Below, one piece after another: positions 33,799-35,261 of a DNA stretch of 35,261 nt (its first letter is position 1; each line of letters opens with the position of its first letter). Position numbers and translations under genes: made by a program. This DNA is from a virus (taxonomy: Duplodnaviria > Caudoviricetes): positions 1 to 35,261 of the IMG/VR virus record IMGVR_UViG_3300032257_000070, one strand, 5' to 3'. The notes beneath the pieces are model-generated. The model was not told where the DNA came from and made no database searches. It saw only the letters and a list, made by a program, of their open reading frames with translations.

Positions 33799-35258
33799 AA
33801 CTACGCCAATACCAGATAGATTCAATCACACAACTCAGACAAGCTATATCTCAAGGCTTCAAACGTCCAGTATTGCAGTTACCTACTGGAGCTGGAAAGA
33901 CTGTGATAATGGCTGAGATTGTCAAAATGGCTAGATCGAAGGGAAAAAAGGTCTGTGTATTCATGGATCGAATAACCCTAGTTAACCAGACAAGCGCCGT
34001 ATTCGATGAAATGGGAATTAACCACGGCATTATCCAGGCAGACAATCCACGTCATAATTTAGAAATGCCTGTGCAGATCGCATCAATTCAGAGCTATTCA
34101 AGACGCAATCACCGATGGGATTTTGATCTCGGGTTGATTGATGAAGCCCATTGTCTGTATAAGGCGCAGACTGATTTAATCGAGCGATGGGGGTTAGTGC
34201 CATTTATCGGGGTAACAGCCACGCCATTTACCAAAGGCATGGGCAATGTATACGATAAATTAATCAACACGGTAACGCTTAACGATCTGATTGAGCAAGG
34301 GTTTTTAGTTCCTGCTGATGTATATGGGCCGTCACAGCCTGACATGAAAGGCGTGGGCGGTGGTGATGATTTCAACCAGAAGCAAACAGCAGAACGCGCT
34401 CAAGAGCCAGCACTGATTGCAAGCATTGTTCAGACATGGCACAAGCTGGCACAGAATAAGCAAACAATATGCTTTGCGACAAACGTTTGCCATTCAAAAT
34501 ACATCGTTGAGGAATTTGTGAAATCTGGGGTAAACGCAAGGCATATTGACGCTTACACCGATTCACAAGAAAGATTCCAGATTATTCAAGGATTTAAAAA
34601 CGGTGAGATTAAATTGCTTTCAAGTGTCGGAGTGTTAACTACTGGATTTGATGCGCCTAATGCCGAGGTTGAAATAATGGCAAGACCAACAAAGAGCCTT
34701 GCACTATTCTGTCAAATGGCAGGAAGGGTCTTGCGTCCAAATGAAGGCAAGGACAGAGCATTGATTTTAGACCATGCCGGAAATTTTGAACGCATGGGAT
34801 TTCACACTGACGATATGCCTCAAGAGCTATGCACAAAGAAGAAAGGCGAAAGCAAACGAGAGAAGCCGATTGTATTGCCGAAAGCCTGCCCTAAATGTAA
34901 AGTCATGAAACCAGTCAAGGCTGCTATATGCCCTCAGTGTGGGTTTGAGACTAAAGCGCAAAATCAGATATTTGAAGAAGCTGGGGAACTTGAAAAAATC
35001 AAACAGGCTGAACGCGACAAGAAAAAAATAAACAGAGAATATACCAGAGAGGAAAAAGAAAAGTTCCTCGGCGGGCTGTTAACTTTCGCAGAACGGAAAG
35101 GCTATAAGCGTGGATGGGCTGCAAATAAGTACCGGGAAAAGTTCGGAGTATGGCCTAACGCCATTGATGAAATTAGGTGCGAGCCGAATGAAATGGTTAT
35201 GGGTTTTATCACTCACAGCAATATCAAATGGGCAAAGTCTCAAGGGGTAGGCAAATGA
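33795..35258 (+). CDS. SF2 (DEAH) helicase with C-terminal zinc ribbon
   Basis: 'LRQYQ', 'PTGAGKT', 'DEAH', 'TATP', 'TTGFDAP', 'QMAGRVLR', CPKC...CPQC; ATGA overlap with rep gene. Confidence 0.95.
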   Translation: MKLRQYQIDSITQLRQAISQGFKRPVLQLPTGAGKTVIMAEIVKMARSKGKKVCVFMDRITLVNQTSAVFDEMGINHGIIQADNPRHNLEMPVQIASIQSYSRRNHRWDFDLGLIDEAHCLYKAQTDLIERWGLVPFIGVTATPFTKGMGNVYDKLINTVTLNDLIEQGFLVPADVYGPSQPDMKGVGGGDDFNQKQTAERAQEPALIASIVQTWHKLAQNKQTICFATNVCHSKYIVEEFVKSGVNARHIDAYTDSQERFQIIQGFKNGEIKLLSSVGVLTTGFDAPNAEVEIMARPTKSLALFCQMAGRVLRPNEGKDRALILDHAGNFERMGFHTDDMPQELCTKKKGESKREKPIVLPKACPKCKVMKPVKAAICPQCGFETKAQNQIFEEAGELEKIKQAERDKKKINREYTREEKEKFLGGLLTFAERKGYKRGWAANKYREKFGVWPNAIDEIRCEPNEMVMGFITHSNIKWAKSQGVGK

Positions 35259-35261
35259 ATG

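Noticed and set aside
33518-33916. Nested + strand 132-aa ORF across the rep/helicase junction
   Set aside because: No recognisable motif, unlike the nested MTase frame; treated as a chance open frame.
1-35261. Stop-codon reassignment
   Set aside because: Core genes are full length in the standard code, all three stops are used at coupled gene junctions, and no suppressor anticodon is present.

Overview
This window looks like an essentially complete ~35.3 kb genome of a short-tailed (podovirus-type) dsDNA phage. Its virion module resembles BPP-1/APSE/epsilon15: terS, terL, portal, scaffold, major capsid, decoration, adaptor, nozzle, GNAT, four ejection-type proteins and a beta-helix tailspike. 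A holin/spanin lysis region follows, then a leftward early arm (Lar, HD hydrolase, two C5-methyltransferase-like genes, YqaJ exonuclease plus putative annealing protein, pentapeptide-repeat protein). Back-to-back sigma70 promoters precede a Cro-like HTH gene, a tRNA cluster, an HTH-primase fusion, an SF2 helicase and RusA, which continues across the window ends. I recognise no integrase, CI repressor or endolysin. Most notable: (1) a LAGLIDADG intein inside the TerL Walker A motif that begins with Pro and lacks the class-3 Trp; (2) a cytosine methyltransferase whose motif IX sits in a nested alternative frame; (3) a tRNA cluster containing a 52-nt anticodon-less tRNA-like RNA and a tRNA with a 5-nt anticodon loop; (4) a lysis cassette with two tiny membrane proteins where an endolysin would be expected; (5) a structured capsid-gene leader with a repeated internal-loop motif. 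All product calls come from visual motif recognition and gene order; no searches were run.
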